From positions 1 through 28,344 of the forward strand of contig JARRLJ010000010.1 in assembly GCA_037387025.1 (NCBI GenBank): a stretch of DNA of 28,344 nt, written 5' to 3'. Shown in pieces: positions 16,798 through 25,165 of the stretch; position 1 is the stretch's first letter; each line of letters begins with the position of its first letter. Position numbers and translations under genes: made by a program. The notes under the pieces were generated by a model, which was not told the DNA's origin, ran no database searches, and saw nothing but the letters and a program-made list of their open reading frames with translations. This DNA comes from Gemmatimonadales bacterium. Its GTDB lineage: Bacteria; Gemmatimonadota; Gemmatimonadetes; Gemmatimonadales; GWC2-71-9.

Positions 16798-18921
16798 TTA
16801 AGCGGAGCTTTCGTCGACAGTGGGGTCGTTATGCAGGAAGCGGGTCGCCTGCGAAAGCTCCTGGGCCAGGTGAGCCAACTCGGCCCCACTTCTGATAAGT
16901 TCTTGATTTGCTGGTAGTTGGGCAGCGGTAGCGTTCGCCAGCTGGGACGCTTCGTTGGCCGACGAGGTTGCGGCGGATCGAGCTTCCTCTAATATGCGGT
17001 TGGTCTCTTCAGCAATGTCGAGGTTCTCCTGTGGGAGCTCGACCATCCGCTCACCTGCCCTTCTGGTCGCCTCCGCGACTTCCACAATGTGTCCCAGCGA
17101 TGCTCCCCACTGTTCGGAACCTTCCGTCAACTCCGCTAATTGTCCTCCGAGATCCTCAAGTACCCGGGCCGCACGGTCGATCGCCCGTCTCGTATCCTGG
17201 GCGCTCCCGCCCATCCTTCTGGCGGCGTCCGCGCTTTGCTCGGCAAGCTTTCTGACCTCGTCCGCCACAACTGCGAACCCTTTTCCCTGAAGACCGGTGC
17301 GCGCCGCTTCGATAGTTGCGTTCAAGGCCAGCAGGTTTGTCTGGTTCGCGATTACGGCAATCGTTTCCGAGAAATCCGCGACGTCTTCTGCTGCTTCTTT
17401 GAGGTGCCCCACCTCTGCAACGCCAACCTCGATGGTAGTTCCCAGATGTCTCAATTGGTCAACTGTCTTACCGCTCGAGTCGTGTAGCTCCATGACGGTC
17501 TGGGAGACCGAACGTGTGGTTGTCTGAGTATCCGTACCGGCTCGCATCGTGCTGCCGATCCCCTCCACCAATCGCTGGATGGACTTCACCGCGTGTTCGG
17601 CCCTTTCGACCGCACGCCGTGCCTCCTTTTCAGCTTCAGCTGCACTGCGTGCTGCCGAATGCGCTGCATCCTGAATACGTACGCTCGTCGTCGTCAACTG
17701 CTCCAAGTACTGGGCGGTGCGGTCCGATGATCGTACCAGGGGGTCGACGGCCGAACTGAGGCTAAGCGAGAGCGAAAGCTGCGGCGCGAGGAGATTCAAC
17801 AACTGACCGTCTGCGTTGCGGTATACTGCGGGGTCAGAGTGGCGTACACTCCAAGCTCCCACCAATTCGTCCGAATGGTAGAGCGGGATCAAGATTTCAG
17901 AGCCCGGCACCTCACCCTCGGGTAGCACCATGTCTCCATCATTGATGGCGCTCGCGACGATCGGCCGACCCTTCCGGATTGCCTCCCCAATCATGCCGCT
18001 GCTGGCGGAAAAGCGGAGTCCTTGTGAGCCCCCTGTATCCGTTAGGATCACCATCTCGTTATGGGCTGTCTCGTGGCGAGCGAAGCCCATGTTTTCCCAC
18101 GGGACTAGGCGCCCCGTTAGGTCCTTGACCCGCTCAAAACTTCGGTGGATGTTGGCTTCAGAGGCCAAGGCCTCTGCCAGGCCTTGCACCAACCGCAGCT
18201 CATCGGCACGCACGCCAGCCTGAATTACCCAGTAAGCCAGCCAACCGATACCGAGAAAGGCTGTGCCCACGGCAAGGGAGGGTATCGTCGGAGCCTGCGC
18301 GGTGAGCAGCCCCACCCACGCTATCGCCAATGCGCTACCGGCCAGCGACATGACCGCTTCCCACCGCAAGGTCAACTTCGCGTCGACCCAGGCGACCATT
18401 CCGGAGAGAGCTAGCTCCAAGTAGTACGTGGCGTTCACGACAATGGGGACGGCCACTACGGCAAGGCCCAGGGGAACGAGGTTGTCGACGCCTACAGATT
18501 CGACCCCAGTTGCTCCGTCAAACGCAGTGTAAGCCAGGCCGACGGCACCCACAGACAAGGCGAGGTGGCCGGATATGGACAGGGCATCTGAGATTCGCTG
18601 GCGGCGCAACACCATTTCGCCAGCGAGCATGCCTGCACTGACAATCAATACTGCGAACTGCCATCCCCTGAGCAACAGAGCTGCCAGGGCAACCCCGGTG
18701 ACGAACGAGGCTACCCCTCTGCCAGGCAGGGATATTGCGAACTGGCGGCTCGCCGCCGCCGCTGCTCCCATTATCACTAGCTGAAGGGAGAAAGCGCCGC
18801 CGCGCAGCTCGGGCCGGGTTACAAGGGCAATTACGGCCGCTGCAAAGAAAGCCAATCCGCCGAGCTCCACGGCGAGGCGGACGATCCCCGGTCGGGTCGA
18901 GGGTTTCTTTCTGGATGCCAC
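16798..18921 (-). CDS. Methyl-accepting chemotaxis-like protein with ~8-TM N-terminal domain and GAF domain
   Basis: MCP signalling motif [18 protein letters not shown]...[19 protein letters not shown]-like [13 protein letters not shown]...SEILIPL...VGAWSV. Hydrophobic N-terminal ~235 aa. Confidence 0.88.
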   Translation of the reverse strand: MASRKKPSTRPGIVRLAVELGGLAFFAAAVIALVTRPELRGGAFSLQLVIMGAAAAASRQFAISLPGRGVASFVTGVALAALLLRGWQFAVLIVSAGMLAGEMVLRRQRISDALSISGHLALSVGAVGLAYTAFDGATGVESVGVDNLVPLGLAVVAVPIVVNATYYLELALSGMVAWVDAKLTLRWEAVMSLAGSALAIAWVGLLTAQAPTIPSLAVGTAFLGIGWLAYWVIQAGVRADELRLVQGLAEALASEANIHRSFERVKDLTGRLVPWENMGFARHETAHNEMVILTDTGGSQGLRFSASSGMIGEAIRKGRPIVASAINDGDMVLPEGEVPGSEILIPLYHSDELVGAWSVRHSDPAVYRNADGQLLNLLAPQLSLSLSLSSAVDPLVRSSDRTAQYLEQLTTTSVRIQDAAHSAARSAAEAEKEARRAVERAEHAVKSIQRLVEGIGSTMRAGTDTQTTTRSVSQTVMELHDSSGKTVDQLRHLGTTIEVGVAEVGHLKEAAEDVADFSETIAVIANQTNLLALNATIEAARTGLQGKGFAVVADEVRKLAEQSADAARRMGGSAQDTRRAIDRAARVLEDLGGQLAELTEGSEQWGASLGHIVEVAEATRRAGERMVELPQENLDIAEETNRILEEARSAATSSANEASQLANATAAQLPANQELIRSGAELAHLAQELSQATRFLHNDPTVDESSA

Positions 18922-19063
18922 TTTCGGATATTCGGTTGCCTAGCTGGCGGCCGCAATGTTGTATTGTGAGCGCAAAACTTCAAGCGGCGGACTGTCGCGA
19001 ATTTTGGTCCCGGCGTCAAGAGGACCATTAACTTTAAGGCTGGACAATAGCTCCGGAGGATCG

Positions 19064-19294
19064 ATGAAGGCTGATATTCAGTATTGCGTTGTCTGAAACT
19101 ACGGACCACGGGCCACCAGTCTGGCGGCCGAGATTAGAAATGCGTACCCTGCAGCGGATGTACACCTGGTCGAGGCATCGGGAGGTCTGTTCGAAGTGAC
19201 TATTGATGGGGAGCTGATCTTTTCGAAGCAGAAACTAGGGCGCCACGCCGAGCCAGGAGAGGTTCTGGAGTTGATCCGAGAGCGATTCAACTAG
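19064..19294 (+). CDS. SelW/SelT/SelH (Rdx) family selenoprotein, 76 aa, CxxU motif (Sec = TGA 19094-19096)
   Basis: GGAGGA then ATG 19064. Translation MKADIQYCVV-U-NYGPRATSLAAEIRNAYPAADVHLVEASGGLFEVTIDGELIFSKQKLGRHAEPGEVLELIRERFN*, with the Rdx hallmarks YCxxU, GGxFEV and IFSK. Missing from the ORF track because of the TGA. Confidence 0.92.
19111..19129 (+). promoter_or_regulatory. Bacterial SECIS-like hairpin
   Basis: GGCC-A-CCA-[GUC]-UGG-C-GGCC. The apical G/U sit at +26/+27 counting the U of UGA as +1. Confidence 0.65.
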
Positions 19295-19313
19295 GAAGCT
19301 CGGATCCGCGAGT

Positions 19314-20426
19314 ATGACAGGCGCCTATGGAGTTTATTCCGGCTCCGTTCGCGTTGCCGTGTCAACAGGGGGCGGTGATGCGCCGGGGCTCAACGCGGTG
19401 ATTAGGGCCGTTGTTCTAGGGGGCTTAAATCGCGGTTGGGAGGTCTTGGGTGTCCGGAAGGGGTTCGGCGGGCTCCTTGGGGACGCCCGGATTGTACCAC
19501 TCGACCGAGAGAGCGTGCGTGGCCTGACCAATGTCGGTGGGACTATCCTGGGGACGACAAATAGAGGAGACCCTTTCCGGTGGCCCACTCAGACAGGTGG
19601 CGGTAAATGGGAAGAATCCGACCGGTCAGACGAGCTGATCGACAAGGCCAGGCTGCTGGGAATCAAGGCTGTGATTGCCGTCGGCGGAGACGGCACCTTG
19701 AGGATAGCGGCAGACCTGGCGCAGAAGGGGCTCCCCGTGGTAGGCGTCCCCAAGACGATCGACAACGACGTGGGTGGGACGTGGACTACCTTCGGTTTTG
19801 ACACGGCTGTAAACACCGCGACGGACGCTATCGACAAGATCGTCTCCACAGCCAAGAGTCACGAGAGGGTAATGGTTGTAGAGGTAATGGGACGTTACGC
19901 AGGGTGGATAGCTCTGCATGCTGGGTTGGCGGGAACTGCGCACGCTATTCTCATTCCGGAAATCCCATTCGATCTAGATGTGGTGTGCGACAAGATCCGT
20001 CAAAGAGAGGCGCTTGGCCGACACCATAGCATTATTGTTGCTGCGGAAGGTGCCGTACCCAAAGGTGGTTCGGCTGTCGTACAGGCCGAGGCGGCAGTCG
20101 GTGGCACGGAAAGATTGGGAGGGGTATGCGAGCTCGTTGCCGAGTACGTTCAGGACAATACTGGCAAGGAAACTCGTACTGTCACCTTGGGGCATCTCCA
20201 AAGGGGTGGATCACCGACGACCTTCGACCGCCTGCTCGCGTTGAGATTCGGGGCGGCAGCCGTCAGGGCAGTCGAGGAAGGTAGGCTGGGACACATGGTA
20301 GCGTTCGATCCGCCGCACGTTACCACAGTGCCTTTGACCGAAGCATTTGCTAAACCGCACGTGGTGCCTCTGGACTGTGACCAAATACGCACCGCTCGGG
20401 AGTTGGGTATCACCTTGGGAGACTAG
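19314..20426 (+). CDS. pfkA: 6-phosphofructokinase (PfkA family, group III/mixed-substrate type, probably ATP-dependent)
   Basis: GGGDAPGLN, GGTILGT, GGDGT, PKTIDND, VEVMGR and LGHLQRGG motifs. Confidence 0.95.
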   Translation: MTGAYGVYSGSVRVAVSTGGGDAPGLNAVIRAVVLGGLNRGWEVLGVRKGFGGLLGDARIVPLDRESVRGLTNVGGTILGTTNRGDPFRWPTQTGGGKWEESDRSDELIDKARLLGIKAVIAVGGDGTLRIAADLAQKGLPVVGVPKTIDNDVGGTWTTFGFDTAVNTATDAIDKIVSTAKSHERVMVVEVMGRYAGWIALHAGLAGTAHAILIPEIPFDLDVVCDKIRQREALGRHHSIIVAAEGAVPKGGSAVVQAEAAVGGTERLGGVCELVAEYVQDNTGKETRTVTLGHLQRGGSPTTFDRLLALRFGAAAVRAVEEGRLGHMVAFDPPHVTTVPLTEAFAKPHVVPLDCDQIRTARELGITLGD

Positions 20427-21727
20427 ACTTCTTCAGCCCGTCCCTCCATCGGACTCTCGACCGGTACCTGCTTCGGCGTATTCAATTCTCCTTCCGTTTT
20501 GGCAACCCATACGGCACATGTGGTATCGCCGGTGACGTTCACAGCCGTGCGCGTCATGTCGAGGATCCGTTCGACTCCTACGACAAGTGCGATTCCCTCC
20601 AGCGGTATACCCAATTGGTTCAGCACAATCGTCAAAGTGACCATGCCGATTCCTGGGACTCCAGCAGCACCAATTGATGCCAGTGTTGCAGTTAGCACCA
20701 CGGTAAGCAGATCGCCTATCCCAAGATCTATGCCGAATACTTGTGCTATGAATATGGTGCTAACTCCCTGATATATGGCGGTCCCGTTCATGTTGACGGT
20801 TGCCCCAAGGGGCAGCACAAAGGCTGCTACGTCGTTGGATACGCCAAGGTCATCCTCCGAGACCTGAAGGTTTATTGGGAGCGTTGCGTTGCTAGAGGAT
20901 GTCGAGAAAGCGAATACCATCACTTCGTAATACTTACGGAAGAAGAACAGCGGAGACATGCCCGATAGCCGCAGGGATAGCGGATATGCGACAAGCACGA
21001 ACGCCGCCATCGTTCCGATTGTCACGACCACATACTTCAAAAGGGTAAGCAATACTCCGTATCCAAACTGAGCAGATACGGCGGCGATTAACGCGAAGAC
21101 GCCGTAAGGGGCCACTTTCATGACCATCTTAACGAGTACTATCATGGCGTCGTTCACGGCAATGAGGAGATCGAGTACCGATCTTCGTTGGCCCTCGGGG
21201 AGAATCGTGAGTGCTATTCCGAAGAGAATGGCAAAGAAGATGATCTGCAGGAAGTTCGTATCCGCCATTGCCCGGAACGGATTCCTTGGGATGATCCTGA
21301 CCAACAGATCAGCAATCGAGGGCCGTTCTCTCGCACGGTCGAGTTGTTCCGCTGTTACACCGGCGTAGTCGGATAGCATCTGCGCTTTGACTTCTTCATC
21401 CATCCCTGCGCCTGGATTGAAAGTCTTTCCAGCGGCAAGCCCGAACCCCACGGCAATGGCGGTAAAGACTATGTAGTACCCGATCGTTTTGATCCCAATG
21501 CGGCCGAGCTTGCGCAAGTTGCCCAGGCTAGCTGTTCCCACGATGAGCGAGGCCATCACCAAGGGGACAACGATCATTATCAGGAGATTGATGAAAGCGT
21601 CGCCGATGGGCTTTATCAGAAGCGCAGTCTCGCCCAAAAGGGGGCCCAGTATAGCGCCCAAGATCAGGCCCAGAAGGATCTTGGTGTGGAGCTGAAGCCC
21701 TTTACGTGGTTTGGATTCGGACGTCAC
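20423..21727 (-). CDS. Dicarboxylate/amino acid:cation symporter (DAACS, GltP/GltT-like)
   Basis: FSTSSSNATLP, PLGATVNMNGTAIY, AAGVPG and RILDMTRTAVNVTGD motifs. AAGGA precedes GTG 21727. Confidence 0.95.
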   Translation of the reverse strand: MTSESKPRKGLQLHTKILLGLILGAILGPLLGETALLIKPIGDAFINLLIMIVVPLVMASLIVGTASLGNLRKLGRIGIKTIGYYIVFTAIAVGFGLAAGKTFNPGAGMDEEVKAQMLSDYAGVTAEQLDRARERPSIADLLVRIIPRNPFRAMADTNFLQIIFFAILFGIALTILPEGQRRSVLDLLIAVNDAMIVLVKMVMKVAPYGVFALIAAVSAQFGYGVLLTLLKYVVVTIGTMAAFVLVAYPLSLRLSGMSPLFFFRKYYEVMVFAFSTSSSNATLPINLQVSEDDLGVSNDVAAFVLPLGATVNMNGTAIYQGVSTIFIAQVFGIDLGIGDLLTVVLTATLASIGAAGVPGIGMVTLTIVLNQLGIPLEGIALVVGVERILDMTRTAVNVTGDTTCAVWVAKTEGELNTPKQVPVESPMEGRAEEV

Positions 21728-21834
21728 GCCAGGTTCCTTTGCGGTTTGGTCGGATGCAATCTACATGTACACTGCCACGGTGCCACCACTGCGCCGTGAC
21801 CTCGGTACTAATGCCCAACGGTAAAGTTGAATCC

Positions 21835-24399
21835 ATGAATGCACGTTTGCCGCTACGAGATCACTATCTCCCACCCGACCCGGAGGCCTACCGAAAAGCG
21901 GAGCCTGAGACTGGTCGCGTCATAGTGATCGCTCCGACGCGAGCCGCCTGTGAGACGATCGAGCTGGCGACTCAGTTGGAAGTCACAACGGTGTTGGACC
22001 GAGAGCATGGCCACGAGATCCGCGAGCTAGCACGACACGGTCGGGGTTTCGGCATCGTGGCGGGTACTGGAACTGGGAAGACTCTGTCGATTCGCGCAAT
22101 TGCATTAGAGATCCTCAGGTCACCTCTCAAAGTCGGTGTAGTGAATCGTGAAAGAGAGGCCACTCCCGAAACGCCAACTTGGAATCTTGTCATAGTCACC
22201 ACCGGCATTGCGCGCCGCTGGTTTCAGGATGACCTCATTGACCTGAACGACACGCTGGTCGTGGACGAGATTCACCAGACATCGGCAGAGCTGGAGCTGT
22301 GCCTGGCCCTGGGGAAGAGGGTTGGATGCCGCTTCATCTGGCTGTCCGCAACAGTGGAGCCCTCGTTCTACGCCGATTACCTGAACTCGGCCGACGTGCT
22401 GGAAACATCGGTGTTCGATCCCGCAATGGCGGCCACTGTTGAGTGTCGTAGGGAGCGACCCCCGGAGTTCATTGACAACAGGTTCATCCGGCGCGTCGTA
22501 AAGGAAAGACGCGGAGCTGCAGTATTTCTGCCGACGCGGGCCGAAGTCGAGCAAGTGGCCCATGAGATTGGATGGCAGTGGGAAAGTCTCAATGCGGCCT
22601 TCTATCACGGAGGTGAACTGATCCGTGTCATAAGGCCGTTTCTGGACGGGACGGCGGAGAAACCGTTCGTGTTGGCAATGACTCAAGCTGGACAGTCAGC
22701 GTTGAATATTAAGGGACTCGACACGGTCGTGATCTACGATGCCTGTTACAACAATGTCATCGATCGCGGCCGCAATGTTCTCACTCGTCAGTACCTTGGT
22801 GCCAACGAAATCCTGCAGATGGCTGGCCGAGTGCACGGTCGTGTACCGAATGGGGAAGTGTATCTGCTCACCGATCGTGACATTCAGTTCCACTCACTGG
22901 TGCCCACACCACCTGCTTTCCAACTCGCTGGTGACAGTGAAAGGGTAGCGCTTACAGCAGCAGCGATTGGGGTGGATCTGAGTACCCTGGACCTTCCAGT
23001 CCCGTTGGATCACCGGGCCTACGCGGATGCGGTGATGCGGCTGACTGAGAGGGGACTGATCAAAGAGGGCCGGCTGACAGAGTATGGTCGGAACGTGGAG
23101 GCACTGCCGGTAGATCGAGAATGGGGTGAGTTGCTGGTGCATGCGAGCCATCACCTCCAGCCATACTTGGCCGTTGTTGCCAACATCGACTCTCTGCACC
23201 GAATGACCAGAGAAGACCCCGATCTCAGAGGTCTGGTGATACACGGCAGTGACCATTTGACCGGGTACAACGTCTTCGCGGAGGCCGTGAACGAATTCGG
23301 ATACCTCGGAGAGGTCTACGGCCTACCGCGGTACTTGTTTCATGAGGAGATCGCTGAGTGGGGAGAGCGAAGGGGCGTGTTGGTAAAGGCAGTGGAGGAT
23401 GTCGCTTTGGGAATGGCATCCGTGATGCGAACGCTCGATTTGCCACTCCCGGCCAAGCTCTTGAGAGTGGATAAGAAGGTCGTTGCCAACTTCCGGGACC
23501 TCATCGCACGGGTCATGCCTTTTGATCTCGCCATTGAAGAGGAGACCGCTGCTGGGCATCGTGTCAGGCTTTCCAGATCGTCGGTGTGTAATCCGCACGC
23601 GGCGGTAGCCGGTAGACTGTCTTACTTCGCTGACCGATTTGGAGTACCCCGTGCTGCAATTGGAGGTACGAACATACCGTTTCGTCTGGTCCAGCGATAC
23701 GCTAAGGGAGGCGATGCGGTGGTGGAGTATCGCCCAGGCAACCAGCAGACTGGCCTTGTAGTTAGCAGGACCACGTCGTATTTCGGGTTCGAACTGGATT
23801 CTGACCGAACCTGGTTATCAGGGAAGTTCCCGCCAGAGCTTACGGACCAAGCACGGGATACTCTGGCGGAAGCGCTCGTGGCGGGGATGACTCTGCACCC
23901 AAACCAGAATCGTATAGCGCGTACAGTCCGACGGCTGGATGAGTACTGGCGGCGTTCGGGGGCAGCGCTCAAGCAGCTGGACCCTGGTGCATCAGTGGGG
24001 TGGATTCGGTCTCAGCTGGAAGATGTTCACAGCTGGGAAGACTTCTTGGAAACAGATTTGGAGTTGGACGTACAGGATTTCATCAGTGAGGCAGTTCGCA
24101 GGGATCTCGACATGCTGCCTACATCCGTGCACATCCTCGGCGACACGGTGACTCTGAGTTATGAGATGGATGGTGGGCTATCGGTGGCGTGTCTGCGAAT
24201 GCGGGAGGGTCAGGCCAGGAGGCTCAAGGAAAGTGATCTGCCTCTGTTAGACCGGCCTATCCGTTTCAGCGTGATGCGAGGGAAGAAAGAGGTCTTGCGA
24301 GCTGGCTCCGTGGGAGAACTGCAACATGGCCTTCGGCTGCTGCCAGCGGATCGCGGCAGAAAGCCAAAGAGGCGGCGCCGATTCCGCCGCAAGCACTAG
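21835..24399 (+). CDS. SF2 DExH-box helicase, HrpA/HrpB-like, with basic C-terminal tail
   Basis: AGTGTGKT, VVDEIH, LSAT, FLPTRAEV and QMAGRVHGR motifs. HA2-like GRLTEYGRNVEALPV. Ends RGRKPKRRRRFRRKH. I prefer ATG 21835 over the track start 21706. Confidence 0.88.
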   Translation: MNARLPLRDHYLPPDPEAYRKAEPETGRVIVIAPTRAACETIELATQLEVTTVLDREHGHEIRELARHGRGFGIVAGTGTGKTLSIRAIALEILRSPLKVGVVNREREATPETPTWNLVIVTTGIARRWFQDDLIDLNDTLVVDEIHQTSAELELCLALGKRVGCRFIWLSATVEPSFYADYLNSADVLETSVFDPAMAATVECRRERPPEFIDNRFIRRVVKERRGAAVFLPTRAEVEQVAHEIGWQWESLNAAFYHGGELIRVIRPFLDGTAEKPFVLAMTQAGQSALNIKGLDTVVIYDACYNNVIDRGRNVLTRQYLGANEILQMAGRVHGRVPNGEVYLLTDRDIQFHSLVPTPPAFQLAGDSERVALTAAAIGVDLSTLDLPVPLDHRAYADAVMRLTERGLIKEGRLTEYGRNVEALPVDREWGELLVHASHHLQPYLAVVANIDSLHRMTREDPDLRGLVIHGSDHLTGYNVFAEAVNEFGYLGEVYGLPRYLFHEEIAEWGERRGVLVKAVEDVALGMASVMRTLDLPLPAKLLRVDKKVVANFRDLIARVMPFDLAIEEETAAGHRVRLSRSSVCNPHAAVAGRLSYFADRFGVPRAAIGGTNIPFRLVQRYAKGGDAVVEYRPGNQQTGLVVSRTTSYFGFELDSDRTWLSGKFPPELTDQARDTLAEALVAGMTLHPNQNRIARTVRRLDEYWRRSGAALKQLDPGASVGWIRSQLEDVHSWEDFLETDLELDVQDFISEAVRRDLDMLPTSVHILGDTVTLSYEMDGGLSVACLRMREGQARRLKESDLPLLDRPIRFSVMRGKKEVLRAGSVGELQHGLRLLPADRGRKPKRRRRFRRKH

Positions 24400-24980
24400 G
24401 ATCTGGGTTCCGTCAGGGACAGCAATCCCAGCCACGCAGCCGCGTAGGCACCCTGCAGCTCCTCAGGGTCGGTCCCTCCCAGTAGCTGGACCCCTATACC
24501 GTCGATAACTGCCACCATTAAATGGCCGACTTCGTCGGCAGGCACCGTTGGGCGAAGCCCCATGTCTTCCTCGAGCATTCGCAACAATGCGTTTCCGACC
24601 GACTCCCTGAACTGCGTCAGGGCCTTGTTGGTCACTTGGTCAGTAAGAGATTCCTTGGTGCCCAACAGTGTGAGCCAGCCCCTGAGTGTGCCGTTGCCTG
24701 ACTCTTCGGCCAGCAATTTCCAGGATTGATCTATTGCCTGGTTTGGCGACTCGGACTCGAAGGCAGCGGACCAGTTCTCGATGCGGTACTGTGACAATCG
24801 ACTGGCGACTGCGCTCAACAGCCCCTTCTTGGTCTTGAAGTGATAATGGACCAGCCCCTTGGCAGACCCCGCAGCTTTTGCGACCGCCTCAACAGTCACT
24901 GCATTGGCACCCTTCCTCCTGACAAGCTCCTCCGCGCACTCTAGGATCTTGGCTCTGGCTTCTCCGCCATCTCGGGGCAC
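24396..24980 (-). CDS. TetR/AcrR family transcriptional regulator
   Basis: ILECAEELVRRKGANAVTVEAVAKAAGSAKGLVHYHFKTKKGLL. GGAG precedes GTG 24980. Confidence 0.92.
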   Translation of the reverse strand: MPRDGGEARAKILECAEELVRRKGANAVTVEAVAKAAGSAKGLVHYHFKTKKGLLSAVASRLSQYRIENWSAAFESESPNQAIDQSWKLLAEESGNGTLRGWLTLLGTKESLTDQVTNKALTQFRESVGNALLRMLEEDMGLRPTVPADEVGHLMVAVIDGIGVQLLGGTDPEELQGAYAAAWLGLLSLTEPRS

Positions 24981-25038
24981 AGTAATCTCCTGACTGGTTG
25001 GACGGATAATATAAGCGCGTCCCGACTTGGGTCCAATG

Positions 25039-25054
25039 TTGACCGAGAGGTCAA
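25039..25054. promoter_or_regulatory. Palindrome TTGACC-GAGA-GGTCAA (operator, or apical stem-loop of a larger RNA hairpin)
   Basis: Perfect 6-bp arms in the divergent TetR / PAS-Fis intergenic region. Confidence 0.55.
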
Positions 25055-25165
25055 TTGCACAAGGGTTCCCAGATAGTCGGTCGGGAGCTGTAAACGGCTC
25101 GATTTGAAACCTTCAGGCCACTGTGAGCGTACAGTTCTCTGGCACAATAACCGAGTTGCCACGCC

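Noticed and set aside
16630-16917. 95-aa + strand ORF and 71-aa minus-strand ORF in the MCP-OmpA spacer
   Set aside because: No RBS or family motif, and both overlap real genes. The Cys-run peptide (…WECCCTT…) has no supporting start signal.
18962-18982. lac-operator-like half site ATTGTGAGCGC, and TGGTCC-N11-GGACCA at 19005-19027
   Set aside because: Only one half of the LacI-type palindrome is present. The 6-bp inverted repeat with a long spacer could be chance.
599-24399. HNH plus helicase as an anti-phage defence system
   Set aside because: The genes are ~21 kb apart among housekeeping genes, with no island features or compositional shift.
24988-25004. Operator immediately upstream of the second TetR (CTGACTGGTTGGACGG)
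   Set aside because: Only 3 of 6 arm positions are complementary. The 25039-25054 palindrome is a better candidate.
25140-25159. Sigma54 promoter before the PAS-Fis gene (TGGCAC...TTGC)
   Set aside because: The spacer is 10 nt, not the required 5.
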